Notes: a model not told the origin generated them from the letters alone. A stretch of 64,000 nt of DNA from Bryobacterales bacterium (GCA_965205445.1 CBDBHC010000002.1:306463-370462), one strand, 5' to 3'. Numbered from the stretch's first letter, positions 26,987-38,580 are shown. Program-made: numbers and translations.

Positions 26987-29440
26987 ATGGCCGGTTCGAC
27001 ATCAGAAAGAAACAAGGAGGCCCTCCGCGACGCCATTTCACGGAAGGCTGCGGAACTGAGGGTCATAGACCAACGCCGGGTATCCGCCCAACACGAGTTG
27101 CGGCGCCTCAATGAGGAACTTGAGAGCTTGAAGGATTGGACTGCAGGGTCCCTGAACCAAAGGGCAGCCCGCGACGGGGATGTCCCGTCGACACCGGCTC
27201 AAAAGATCGCATTGTTCCGCTCCTTGTTTCGCGGCCGAGAGGACGTGTACCCCAAGTTCTGGACCAACATCGGCACCGGGCGCAGTGGCTACGCGCCAGC
27301 ATGCGAGAACGAATGGGTCCGAGGGATCTGCGAAAAGCCCCGCGTTAAGTGCGGCGATTGCCGGCATCAGCGGTTCCTGCCTGTCCAGGACCGCGTATTG
27401 CTGGATCACTTCCAGGGAAGGCACGTTGTCGGCGTCTATCCGCTTCTGGCTGACGACACGTGCTGGCTTCTGGCTGCCGACTTTGACAAGCAGGATTGGA
27501 TGGGAGATGTCGCCGCATTCCGTGAGGTGTGCGACAGCGAGGGACTGCCCGTCGCGGTCGAGCGCTCACGCTCGGGTGAGGGAGCGCATGCCTGGTTTTT
27601 CTTCGACCGGGCCCTGCCGGCCGTGCAGGCTCGCCAGATGGGCTGCTTCCTGATTACAAAGGCCATGCGAAATCGCCATAATCTCGACGTAGGGTCATAT
27701 GACCGGCTGTTCCCTAGCCAGGACACGCTGCCCCGCGGCGGCTTCGGCAACTTGATAGCGTTGCCGCTACAGCGCGAAGCGCGGTTGCGAGGCAACACGG
27801 TATTCGTTGACGGTGAATTCCGAGCGCATCCGGATCAGTGGGCATACATTGCCGGAGTGCGGCGAATCCCGGCTGCGACTGTCGAGCAGGTCGCATCGGA
27901 AGCCTTTGGCAGAGGATGCGTGCTGAGTGTCCGTCGATACGGTCGCAACCAGCACGGATCCCCTGCAATGCATCTGGCGGAATCAAGTGCAGCGACTCGC
28001 GATGGCGCGCATCAGCAGATTCCGCTTCCAGAGCAAGTCGAAGCCACGCTCGCGAACGGCCTTCGTGTCGACAAGGAGGGCCTTCCGTCCCCAGTCCTCA
28101 GTGCCCTCAAAGGAGTTGCTTCCTTTCAGAATCCGGAATTCTACAAGAGGCAGAGGATGCGGCTCTCCACGGCCCTGACACCGCGCGTGATCGCGTGTGC
28201 CGAAGATCTTGAGGCCGAAATGGTGCTGCCACGCGGGTGTGCCGAAGACGTCTCAGCCCTGCTGCGCTCGATGGGCACGAGACTCGAAGTCAAGGATCTC
28301 CGAGAGCGGGGTCGAGAACTCGATGTCGAGTTCCAAGGCACCCTGCGAGGGTTCCAGGAAGACGCGGTTGTCGCTCTCCTGGCGAACGACACTGGCGTAC
28401 TGGTCGCCCCACCGGGAACCGGCAAGACGGTGATGGGCATCGCGTTGATGGCTCGACGGGGTCGCAGCACCCTGGTGCTTGTCCACCGTCAACCGCTCTT
28501 GGATCAATGGAAAGCGCACCTTGCCGCGTTTCTTGACGTCGATCCGAAATCGATCGGATGCCTCGGCGGCGGCAAGCGCTCGCTGACGGGCCTCATTGAT
28601 GTGGCGATGATTCAGAGCCTGGCGCGCGGGAACCAGGCTGCCGAACTCATGGACCGCTACGGTCATGTAGTCGTCGACGAGTGCCATCACGTTCCCGCGT
28701 TTTCGTTCGAGCGAGTCGTCGCAAGGTCCCAGGCGCGATACCTGACTGGACTCACGGCATCGCCCCGCCGTCGTGACGGGTTGCATCCGATCCTCGAGAT
28801 GCAGCTGGGACCGGTGCGATTCGGGGCTGACGACGGCTTGGTGTCGAGCCGGCCCCCCTTCGCACGTCGGCTGATTGTCCGAGAGACAGGCTTCGAGCTA
28901 CCTAGTTCGGAGGCCGATCCTCCGATTCAGCGGATCTACAAGTCGCTTGCCTGCGACGAGCACCGCAACTCGATGATCTTGAACGACATCATCGGCTCTC
29001 TCGACGAGGGACGCTCCCCCATCGTTTTGACGGAACGAAGGGACCATCTCGAATTCCTTGCCGAGCGGCTTACGGGATTCGCAAAGAACCTGATCGTGCT
29101 TCGTGGCGGGGTCTCGGCGAAGCGGCGTGGCACAATGCTCCGGGCGTTGAAGGCCGTTCCAGATGGCGAGGAGCGTCTCGTCCTGGCGACGGGCCGCTAT
29201 ATCGGCGAGGGCTTCGACGATCCGAGGCTTGACACGCTTTTCCTTACGATGCCCGTGTCGTGGCGGGGCACGATCGTGCAGTATGCAGGTCGCCTGCATC
29301 GCATGCATCCCGGAAAACAGGAAGTTCGGATTTTCGATTACGCAGACCGAAGGGTTCCGGTCCTCGCCCGCATGTTCGCCAGGCGCGTCGCCGGTTATCG
29401 ATCACTCGGATACAAGGACATCGGCGGTCCGGCACTTTGA
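26987..29440 (+). CDS. Fusion protein: N-terminal coiled coil + archaeo-eukaryotic primase (AEP/PrimPol)-like domain + SF2 DEAD/DEAH (DECH) helicase
   Basis: AEP motifs are 'WLLAADFDKQDW' (DxD), 'SGEGAHAWFFF' (sxH) and 'YDRLFPSQDTLPRGGFGNLIALPL'. There is a Cys cluster 'CENEWVRGICEKPRVKCGDC'. Helicase motifs are I 'APPGTGKT', II 'VVVDECHH', III 'LTGLTASP', V 'LATGRYIGEGFD' and VI 'QYAGRLHR'. Confidence 0.85.
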   Translation: MAGSTSERNKEALRDAISRKAAELRVIDQRRVSAQHELRRLNEELESLKDWTAGSLNQRAARDGDVPSTPAQKIALFRSLFRGREDVYPKFWTNIGTGRSGYAPACENEWVRGICEKPRVKCGDCRHQRFLPVQDRVLLDHFQGRHVVGVYPLLADDTCWLLAADFDKQDWMGDVAAFREVCDSEGLPVAVERSRSGEGAHAWFFFDRALPAVQARQMGCFLITKAMRNRHNLDVGSYDRLFPSQDTLPRGGFGNLIALPLQREARLRGNTVFVDGEFRAHPDQWAYIAGVRRIPAATVEQVASEAFGRGCVLSVRRYGRNQHGSPAMHLAESSAATRDGAHQQIPLPEQVEATLANGLRVDKEGLPSPVLSALKGVASFQNPEFYKRQRMRLSTALTPRVIACAEDLEAEMVLPRGCAEDVSALLRSMGTRLEVKDLRERGRELDVEFQGTLRGFQEDAVVALLANDTGVLVAPPGTGKTVMGIALMARRGRSTLVLVHRQPLLDQWKAHLAAFLDVDPKSIGCLGGGKRSLTGLIDVAMIQSLARGNQAAELMDRYGHVVVDECHHVPAFSFERVVARSQARYLTGLTASPRRRDGLHPILEMQLGPVRFGADDGLVSSRPPFARRLIVRETGFELPSSEADPPIQRIYKSLACDEHRNSMILNDIIGSLDEGRSPIVLTERRDHLEFLAERLTGFAKNLIVLRGGVSAKRRGTMLRALKAVPDGEERLVLATGRYIGEGFDDPRLDTLFLTMPVSWRGTIVQYAGRLHRMHPGKQEVRIFDYADRRVPVLARMFARRVAGYRSLGYKDIGGPAL

Positions 29441-29879
29441 TGCATGAAATGGCCAATGACCGGAGAATCCCTTCCAGAGACGCCCAGTTGGAGCGAAGCT
29501 CTGCGGACGCTCCGCCTTCGAGCGAATCGCCCAGTCGATCGAATCCTTGTGCCTTGTCTTCTTGAAGGCCTCCCACGGTCTGGACTCCGTTGGAGGTTCG
29601 GAGATGCTCGAGATCGAGTCAGCCCCAGCGGACACCGAGACAAAGCAACTCGATCGACCGTCTTCTCCGAACACAGCGCAGATTCCATGAAGGGGCTTTG
29701 GCATGCGCGTTATTGCCGGAACTTCAACTCGTCACTGATGCGTGGCCCTCGACGTGCCCCCCGCGAAGGCAGCGGCCTTCCCGGCTTCCGCTCGCTCTTC
29801 CGGTGCGTGTCCGCAACGCAGCGTTCCCCTATCCACCGGGACGAGCGGCCCAGAGCGAAGTTGCTTAGCCGAAGAATCC

Positions 29880-29949
29880 GAGTCACAATCACGCGAATAG
29901 AGATGATAATAAGAATAAATCTCCATTATAGTAAGAATATTGAAGAAAA
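29880..29949 (+). promoter_or_regulatory. AT-rich putative promoter/leader region of the two-gene module
   Basis: About 70 bp of strikingly AT-rich sequence ('GATGATAATAAGAATAAATCTCCATTATAGTAAGAATATTGAAGAAAA') sits in an otherwise GC-rich genome. It includes a TATAGT -10-like hexamer at 29927-29932. A homologous AT-rich block precedes the second copy (about 31905-31943). Confidence 0.3.
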
Positions 29950-30552
29950 ATGATTGCCAATCGCGATAATCCGTGTTTCAATTACAGGGTAATGCCCAGT
30001 TCCAGCTCAGACGACCTGATGCCGACCTACTGGTATCCGGGGCTGGGAAAGTACCACCAAGCTGTCCGGATTCCCGTGACGAGCCCGACTCGATACGTCT
30101 CGTATGAGGCCGCCCTCAATCTCCGTCTGCCGGGCGAGGACACCGGCGACTGGCACGGCGATGTGCCGTTCGTCACGTCAGTTGACAATCCCCGGACACT
30201 AACGCTCGCCGGACCTGGGGGCGTGTCCGACACCACTCCAAGTCTCGGTAGCAAGGGCGTTCGAGACATGGCCCAAGTCCTTGAGGGCCAGTATATCCCT
30301 CCTGGCTGCGGCCCGGTCTGGGTGGCTAATCACTATCGCGCGATTGCGGACTACGTGCTCATTGACACACACGCGTGCTGGTGTGCGAAGCATCCGAGAC
30401 ACGTCCCGGTCTACAACATCAACCAGTGGCTTGAGACTCCTGAGCAGATCGAACATCTGGTCGAGGTGTACCTCAAGCCGCTTCGGAACCAGCTCTCGCC
30501 TGAGGAAAGGGCACTCCACGACGCATGGCTACCGACCGTAGTATTCGGCTGA
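29950..30552 (+). CDS. Uncharacterised 200-aa Cys/Trp/His-rich protein, upstream partner (putative antitoxin/regulator) of the AbiEii-like NTase
   Basis: The ORF has an ATG start and overlaps the downstream NTase gene by 28 nt. A paralogue about 80% identical lies 2015 bp downstream. Conserved blocks are 'WYPGLG', 'TGDWHGD.PFVTSVDNPRTL', 'GCGPVWVANHYRAIADYVL' and 'CWCA...PRHVPV.NINQWL'. No known family was recognised. Confidence 0.75.
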   Translation: MIANRDNPCFNYRVMPSSSSDDLMPTYWYPGLGKYHQAVRIPVTSPTRYVSYEAALNLRLPGEDTGDWHGDVPFVTSVDNPRTLTLAGPGGVSDTTPSLGSKGVRDMAQVLEGQYIPPGCGPVWVANHYRAIADYVLIDTHACWCAKHPRHVPVYNINQWLETPEQIEHLVEVYLKPLRNQLSPEERALHDAWLPTVVFG

Positions 30553-31655
30553 CGCCAGAACAAGCACTCCACGAGCGCGTGATGAGAGCGGTCGCTCTCC
30601 GCATGTACGACACCCCGTTCGTGCTGAAGGGAGGGACTGCACTAGCGCTCCTGTACGGGCTGGACCGTCATTCTGTCGACCTCGACTTCGATTGTGGTAG
30701 CGCCAAGCGCTTGTCCATCGAGAACCACGTTCGCGATGGCCTGCGACAGGCCAATGTACCGATGTCGGCATTCAACCGAGGCCGTCCAATGTGGAAGGGA
30801 CGGCGGTTCAGGGTCCGATACATCAATCCGGACAACCACAAACAACGACTCCTGACGGTGGAATTGAGTTTCAGGACTCAGCCACGAGCTCACGACGTCG
30901 AAGTCGTGGATGGCATTCGCACCTACAAGATTCCGACCTTGTTTGATCAGAAGTTGAATGCCGCTGCTGACCGGACGAAGGCACGGGACCTGTATGATCT
31001 CGGGTTCTTGGCGGAATCCTATGGAGATAGCTTTTCGACCGAGCAGATCTCCAGAGCTGACGAATTCAATCGAGACTGGGAAGTCCTGGCAGGTCGGTAT
31101 CGCCGAGCATTCCAAACGGATGAGCTACTAAAGGACATTACCACTGCCGACGATCGGGCGCTGTTGTTCAGGATCGCGATTCTCGAACAGATGCACCGCC
31201 GAGGGCAGGTGGTCGCAGAGCAAGCCGTTCCTGCTGCGAGGTCGCTAGCGGACGAACTTGCCCTGCACAAAATCTGGCTCGAATCGAATGGGCGGACTGG
31301 TTTCCGTGCGGACCTCAGCGACAGGGGGTTTGCTGGGTCCGTCTTGTGTGGCGTCAACTTCGAGAGAGCGGACCTACGACGGGCCGACTTTTCGGGTGCG
31401 GACCTACGCAACGCGAACTTTCGGAACAGCGACCTGACCGAGGCAGTGTTCGACAAGACCGACCTAAGGGGGGCCGACTTCTCCGGCGCAGACCTCACGG
31501 ATGTGTCGTTGCGCAGTAGCATGCTCGGACCCACCACCAAGGGCTTCGCTGAGGCGCTCATGAAAGTTGCCACGTCTGATCGATCTCGCTACATCCCCTA
31601 CAGGCGAGCCCCAGCTCAGGCGGAACTCGAGAGGGACTTCGGCCCGTCACGGTAG
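30525..31655 (+). CDS. AbiEii/AbiGii (DUF1814, MenT-like) nucleotidyltransferase toxin-family protein fused to a C-terminal pentapeptide-repeat domain
   Basis: NTase motifs are 'FVLKGGTALALLY', 'RHSVDLDFD' and 'DRTKARDLYDLGFL'. The C-terminal residues ~258-332 (nt ~31296-31520) are tandem A(D/N)LXX pentapeptides: 'ADLRRADFSGADLRNANFRNSDLTEAVFDKTDLRGADFSGADLTD'. Confidence 0.85.
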   Translation: MATDRSIRLTPEQALHERVMRAVALRMYDTPFVLKGGTALALLYGLDRHSVDLDFDCGSAKRLSIENHVRDGLRQANVPMSAFNRGRPMWKGRRFRVRYINPDNHKQRLLTVELSFRTQPRAHDVEVVDGIRTYKIPTLFDQKLNAAADRTKARDLYDLGFLAESYGDSFSTEQISRADEFNRDWEVLAGRYRRAFQTDELLKDITTADDRALLFRIAILEQMHRRGQVVAEQAVPAARSLADELALHKIWLESNGRTGFRADLSDRGFAGSVLCGVNFERADLRRADFSGADLRNANFRNSDLTEAVFDKTDLRGADFSGADLTDVSLRSSMLGPTTKGFAEALMKVATSDRSRYIPYRRAPAQAELERDFGPSR

Positions 31656-31943
31656 TCCCGAGCACAGCGGGCTGCCAACACGCTGAGAATGCGCCCGAAA
31701 TTCTCCTGAACCGCTAGACTGGTTCGCCCCGTGGTCTGATTTCGCCGCACCGCACTCCGCGGAAGCACTCAACCATGCGGCTAGACCACATTTCGGTTTT
31801 GTGTCGCGTTCCGGCTCGGTCTGAATTCTTGCTCGATGTGCCTAGACCGTGCGGTCCCGGACGAACTTGTTTAGCCGAGTAATCTGATCCGCAGGGCAAC
31901 GTTCAAGCAGTATGGCAATGAAAGTACGATAAATAAAAGATTA

Positions 31944-32567
31944 TTGTACAAATATCGAAGCAAAACGATTGCTAATCAGGATGGCCCGTGCTTGAATGAT
32001 GAAGTCGTGCCAGAGCCCAGTTCAGACGATCTCCTGCCGACCTTTTGGTATCCCGGGTTGGGAGAGCACCACCGAGCTGTTCGGATTCCTGTAACGACGC
32101 CGACCCGCCATCTGTCCTACCTGACGGCCCTCAACCTTCGGCTGCCCGGGGAGGAAACCGGAGACTGGCACGGCGATCTGCCGTTCGTAACATCCGTTGA
32201 TAATCCGCGCACTCTACGACCCGCCGGTCCGGGCGGCTGGTCGGATACGACTCCTAGCCTCGGGAGCAAGGGCGTGCGAAACATGGCGCATCTCCTTGAG
32301 GGAAAGTATATTCCTCACGGCTGTGGGCCCGTCTGGGTGGCGAACCATTACCGCGCCATAGCGGACTATGTTCTTGTTGACACTCAAGGGTGCTGGTGCG
32401 CTCAGTTTCCGAGGCACGTTCCGGTCTGCAACATCAATCAGTGGCTGGACACTCCTGAGCAGGTTGAACAATTGGTGGAGGAGTACCTCAAGCCGCTTAG
32501 ACAACAGCTCTCGCCCGACGAAAAGGAGCTCCACGACGCATGGCTTCCGACCGTCGTATTCGGCTGA
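31944..32567 (+). CDS. Paralogue of the 200-aa uncharacterised partner protein (second copy)
   Basis: It is about 80% identical in amino acids to 29950..30552 over the whole length. The ATG of copy 1 is ACG here, so the start would be TTG at 31944 or another non-ATG codon. The same 28-nt overlap with the downstream ORF is present. Confidence 0.65.
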   Translation: MYKYRSKTIANQDGPCLNDEVVPEPSSDDLLPTFWYPGLGEHHRAVRIPVTTPTRHLSYLTALNLRLPGEETGDWHGDLPFVTSVDNPRTLRPAGPGGWSDTTPSLGSKGVRNMAHLLEGKYIPHGCGPVWVANHYRAIADYVLVDTQGCWCAQFPRHVPVCNINQWLDTPEQVEQLVEEYLKPLRQQLSPDEKELHDAWLPTVVFG

Positions 32568-32986
32568 CGCCGGAACAAGCACTTCACGAACGCGTGATGA
32601 GAGCGGTCGCGCTTCGGATGCAGAACCTTCCTTACGTGCTGAAGGGAGGCACTGCACTTGCGCTCCTATACCAGCTGGACCGTCACTCCGTCGACCTCGA
32701 CTTCGATTGTGGCAGCGGCAAGCGGGGCTCGATCGAGAACCACATTCGAGATGGCCTGCAGGACGCCGAGGTCTCGATGTCCTACTGCAAGCCGGAGCGC
32801 CGCACGTGGAAGGGCCAACGATTCGAGGCACATTACATAGATCCTGGCAGCAGGGAAGACCGACTCTTGAGGGTGGAATTGAGTTTCAGGACAGAGCCAC
32901 GAGCAGACGACGTCGTGATCGTGGATAGGATTCGCGGCCGAAATTGTCAGCGGCGACCCGCCGTGGATCGATCCGTCGGTCCTTAG
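32540..32986 (+). pseudogene. Truncated AbiEii-like NTase (second copy), lacking the KxRDxYD motif region and the pentapeptide domain
   Basis: The first ~132 aa align with 30525..31655 ('LKGGTALALLY', 'RHSVDLDFD' retained). Homology stops at about 32936, and the frame runs into unrelated sequence with a stop at 32984-32986. Confidence 0.65.
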
Positions 32987-33199
32987 CGCCGAACGTTTCG
33001 GCGACCAGTACGCAACCGATCGAATCTTGAGGGCTCGCTGTGAGGAGATCTATTCGCATCACTATCACGAGGTCTACTGACGTCGGGCCAAGTTGGTTGG
33101 CCGGACGGCGCTGGCTCTCAGACCCGTCCTAACAGCCAAGCTCCGGTTCAAGAGACCCAGATGGCCGGAACGCCCCCCAACAGGTGTGGTGGAACGAAT

Positions 33200-33550
33200 C
33201 TACCTTGCGCTCTCAGGCACAGCTTCCGGGACCAGCGTCAAGGCATTCTTGAGGCGCTCGTCGCCTGGGCTTGAGCCCTTGTGGTGTCCCTGCCGCCCGG
33301 CGACTGGGTCGTGGAATGGAGTGATGAGGGCCTTCTGGCTTCCGGCTTCCGCCATGTAGTACTCGTCTTGCGGAATCGGGAAGGCGTGCATGCTGTTGAT
33401 CCAGAAAAAGCAGCCAACGGTGCGACGGCCATCGGCCCCCACGCGGGTGCCGGAGTGCTGACGAACTCCACGAAGCCTTTCGGAAGGATGTGCTCGCCCC
33501 CCAGCACCGTCTTGGAGATACATTCCCGTCATCGACCGGATTCGATTCAC
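33200..33550 (-). CDS. Hypothetical protein downstream of purH (weak call)
   Basis: This 116-aa ORF lies on the same strand as purH. The segment 'VGCFFWINSMHAFPIPQDEYYMAEAGSQKALITPFHDP' looks protein-like. No family was recognised, and competing ORFs exist in other frames. Confidence 0.3.
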   Translation of the reverse strand: MNRIRSMTGMYLQDGAGGRAHPSERLRGVRQHSGTRVGADGRRTVGCFFWINSMHAFPIPQDEYYMAEAGSQKALITPFHDPVAGRQGHHKGSSPGDERLKNALTLVPEAVPESAR

Positions 33551-33682
33551 CGCGACGGGCCGGGATCAAGCGGGCGATTCGGAAAACGGCCTGAACGATG
33601 ATTCGGGCGCACCCAGTGGCCTGCGGTTGGCCTGCACAATCACCTCGGAGCAGGGTGTCAAGAGACTCCGGTTCGGCCTGGC

Positions 33683-35233
33683 CTAATGTCGGAAATGGCG
33701 CACTCCCGTACAGACCATCGCAAGTCCCAACCGGTCAGCAGCTTCGATGACCTCGCCGTCCCGCCGGGATCCGCCCGGCTGGATCACGGCAGTCGCGCCG
33801 TGTTTCGCGAGTTCTTCGATCCCGTCTGCAAATGGAAAGAAAGCGTCGGATGCCACGACGCTGCCCTCCAGCGGCAGCACCGCTTTCATTGCTCCCAGCC
33901 GTGCCGAGTCGACACGGCTCATCTGACCCGCCCCCACGCCGACCGACTGACCGTTCTTGGCGTAAAGGATGGCGTTCGACTTGACGTGCTTCACCACTTT
34001 CCAGGCAAACCGTAGCGAGTCGGCCTCCTCTGCAGTCGGTTCGCGGCTTGTGACGACGTCGAATCGCTCGGGACTCGTCTCGGCCCGGTCCTCGGATTGG
34101 ATGAGGTAGCCGCCTGAAACGCTCTTCAGAACTGTACCCGGGGCGCATCGGGCGATCTCCAGCAGGCGGAGGTTCTTCTTCCTCGTGAGGATGTCGAGCG
34201 CGTCCGCCGTGAACCCCGGGGCGGCGATTGCCTCGACGAAGAGCTTGGACATCTCGGTTGCGGTTTCCCCGTCTACGGATTCACTTGTCGCGATGACCGA
34301 ACCGAATGCCGAGACGGGATCGCACTCCAGTGCCTTGCGATAGGCTTCCGCGAGAGTCGTTCCCTCCGCGCAGCCGCAAGGGTTGGTGTGCTTGATGATC
34401 GCCACGGCCGGCCGGTCGAACTCCAGGGCGAGCTGCCACGAGGCGTCCAGGTCCACGAGGTTGTTGTAGGAAAGCGCCTTGCCGTGAAGCTGTCGAGCAC
34501 CGCCCACGCCCTGGCGGCCGTCGGTGTAGAGGGCTGCCTCCTGGTGGGGGTTCTCGCCGTACCGGAGCACTGTGGCGCGAGGGATCCGGAGATCGAGGTG
34601 TGCTGGCAACGTACCTTCTGCAATGGTTGCGGGTGCCTGCCCCACAGCGAGGAAAGCAAGCGTTCCGCTGATCGCGCGGTCGTACGCAGCGGTTGCCTCG
34701 AATGCCTTCTGGGCCAGCCTCCAGCACGTGTCCTGAGAGAGCTCGCCCTGTTCGGCGAGCTCTCTCGCGATCACCGGGTAGTCGGACGGGTTCGTCACGA
34801 CCGCCACGTCGCCAAAGTTCTTCGCGGCGGCTCGGATCAAGGACGGTCCGCCGATGTCGATGTTCTCGATCAGTTCCCCGAACGTTGCTCCCTCACGGGC
34901 AGCAGTGGCTTCGAAGGCGTACAGGTTCACGACGACCATGTCGACCGGAGCGATCGCGTGCCGCTCCAGGGCGCTCATGTGCTCGGCATTGGATCGGACA
35001 GCGAGGATTCCGCCCGCTATTCGTGGATGCAGCGTCTTGACACGACCGTCCAGCATTTCCGGGAAACCGGTGACATCGGACACGTCCTCGACCTCCAGCC
35101 CCGCCTCGCGGAGGACTCGGGCCGTGCCCCCCGTCGAAATGAGGGACACCCCGCAAGAGGCTAATTGGAGAGCGAAATCCGCTAGGCCTGACTTGTCGGT
35201 AACGCTGAGCAGCGCACGCCGGATCCTCGGCAT
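33683..35233 (-). CDS. purH: Bifunctional AICAR formyltransferase / IMP cyclohydrolase
   Basis: The N-terminal MGS-like 'ALLSVTDKSGLADFALQL...LISTGGTARVL...VTGFPEMLDGRVKTLHP' and the C-terminal 'VIQPGGSRRDGEVIEAADRLGLAMVCTGVRHFRH' are canonical PurH. Confidence 0.96.
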   Translation of the reverse strand: MPRIRRALLSVTDKSGLADFALQLASCGVSLISTGGTARVLREAGLEVEDVSDVTGFPEMLDGRVKTLHPRIAGGILAVRSNAEHMSALERHAIAPVDMVVVNLYAFEATAAREGATFGELIENIDIGGPSLIRAAAKNFGDVAVVTNPSDYPVIARELAEQGELSQDTCWRLAQKAFEATAAYDRAISGTLAFLAVGQAPATIAEGTLPAHLDLRIPRATVLRYGENPHQEAALYTDGRQGVGGARQLHGKALSYNNLVDLDASWQLALEFDRPAVAIIKHTNPCGCAEGTTLAEAYRKALECDPVSAFGSVIATSESVDGETATEMSKLFVEAIAAPGFTADALDILTRKKNLRLLEIARCAPGTVLKSVSGGYLIQSEDRAETSPERFDVVTSREPTAEEADSLRFAWKVVKHVKSNAILYAKNGQSVGVGAGQMSRVDSARLGAMKAVLPLEGSVVASDAFFPFADGIEELAKHGATAVIQPGGSRRDGEVIEAADRLGLAMVCTGVRHFRH

Positions 35234-35322
35234 AAACGACCATTCTACTGGCCATGGGGCCAGTTGGTTCGGCTCTCTCCAGCAGCGGTGCCGGGGGAGC
35301 CTCGAGTGCGTGGATCGCGCCC

Positions 35323-38541
<3,219 letters not shown>

Positions 38542-38580
38542 GGTCAGCTCAATCCGGTAGCAGGTACCGCACGAGGGGTC

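Larger units (their letters stand above)
29845..32936 (+). repeat. Diverged tandem duplication (period 2015 bp) of the promoter + partner gene + NTase module; the second copy is truncated
   Basis: 29950 aligns with 31965 and 30525 aligns with 32540, a constant offset of 2015 bp with no indels across the first gene. Nucleotide identity is roughly 80% by eye. Upstream homology starts near 29845/31860 ('GAAGTTGCTTAGCCGAAGAATCCGAG' versus 'GAACTTGTTTAGCCGAGTAATCTGAT'). Homology ends near 30921/32936. Confidence 0.8.

Noticed and set aside
29402-29953. ORFs in the gap between the helicase and the first module: 29402..29704(-), 29244..29576(-), 29444..29953(+).
   Set aside because: They overlap each other, are compositionally odd (Arg/Ser-rich), have no motifs, and overlap the helicase 3' end or the AT-rich promoter block. 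They are probably non-coding, and they are not duplicated with the module.
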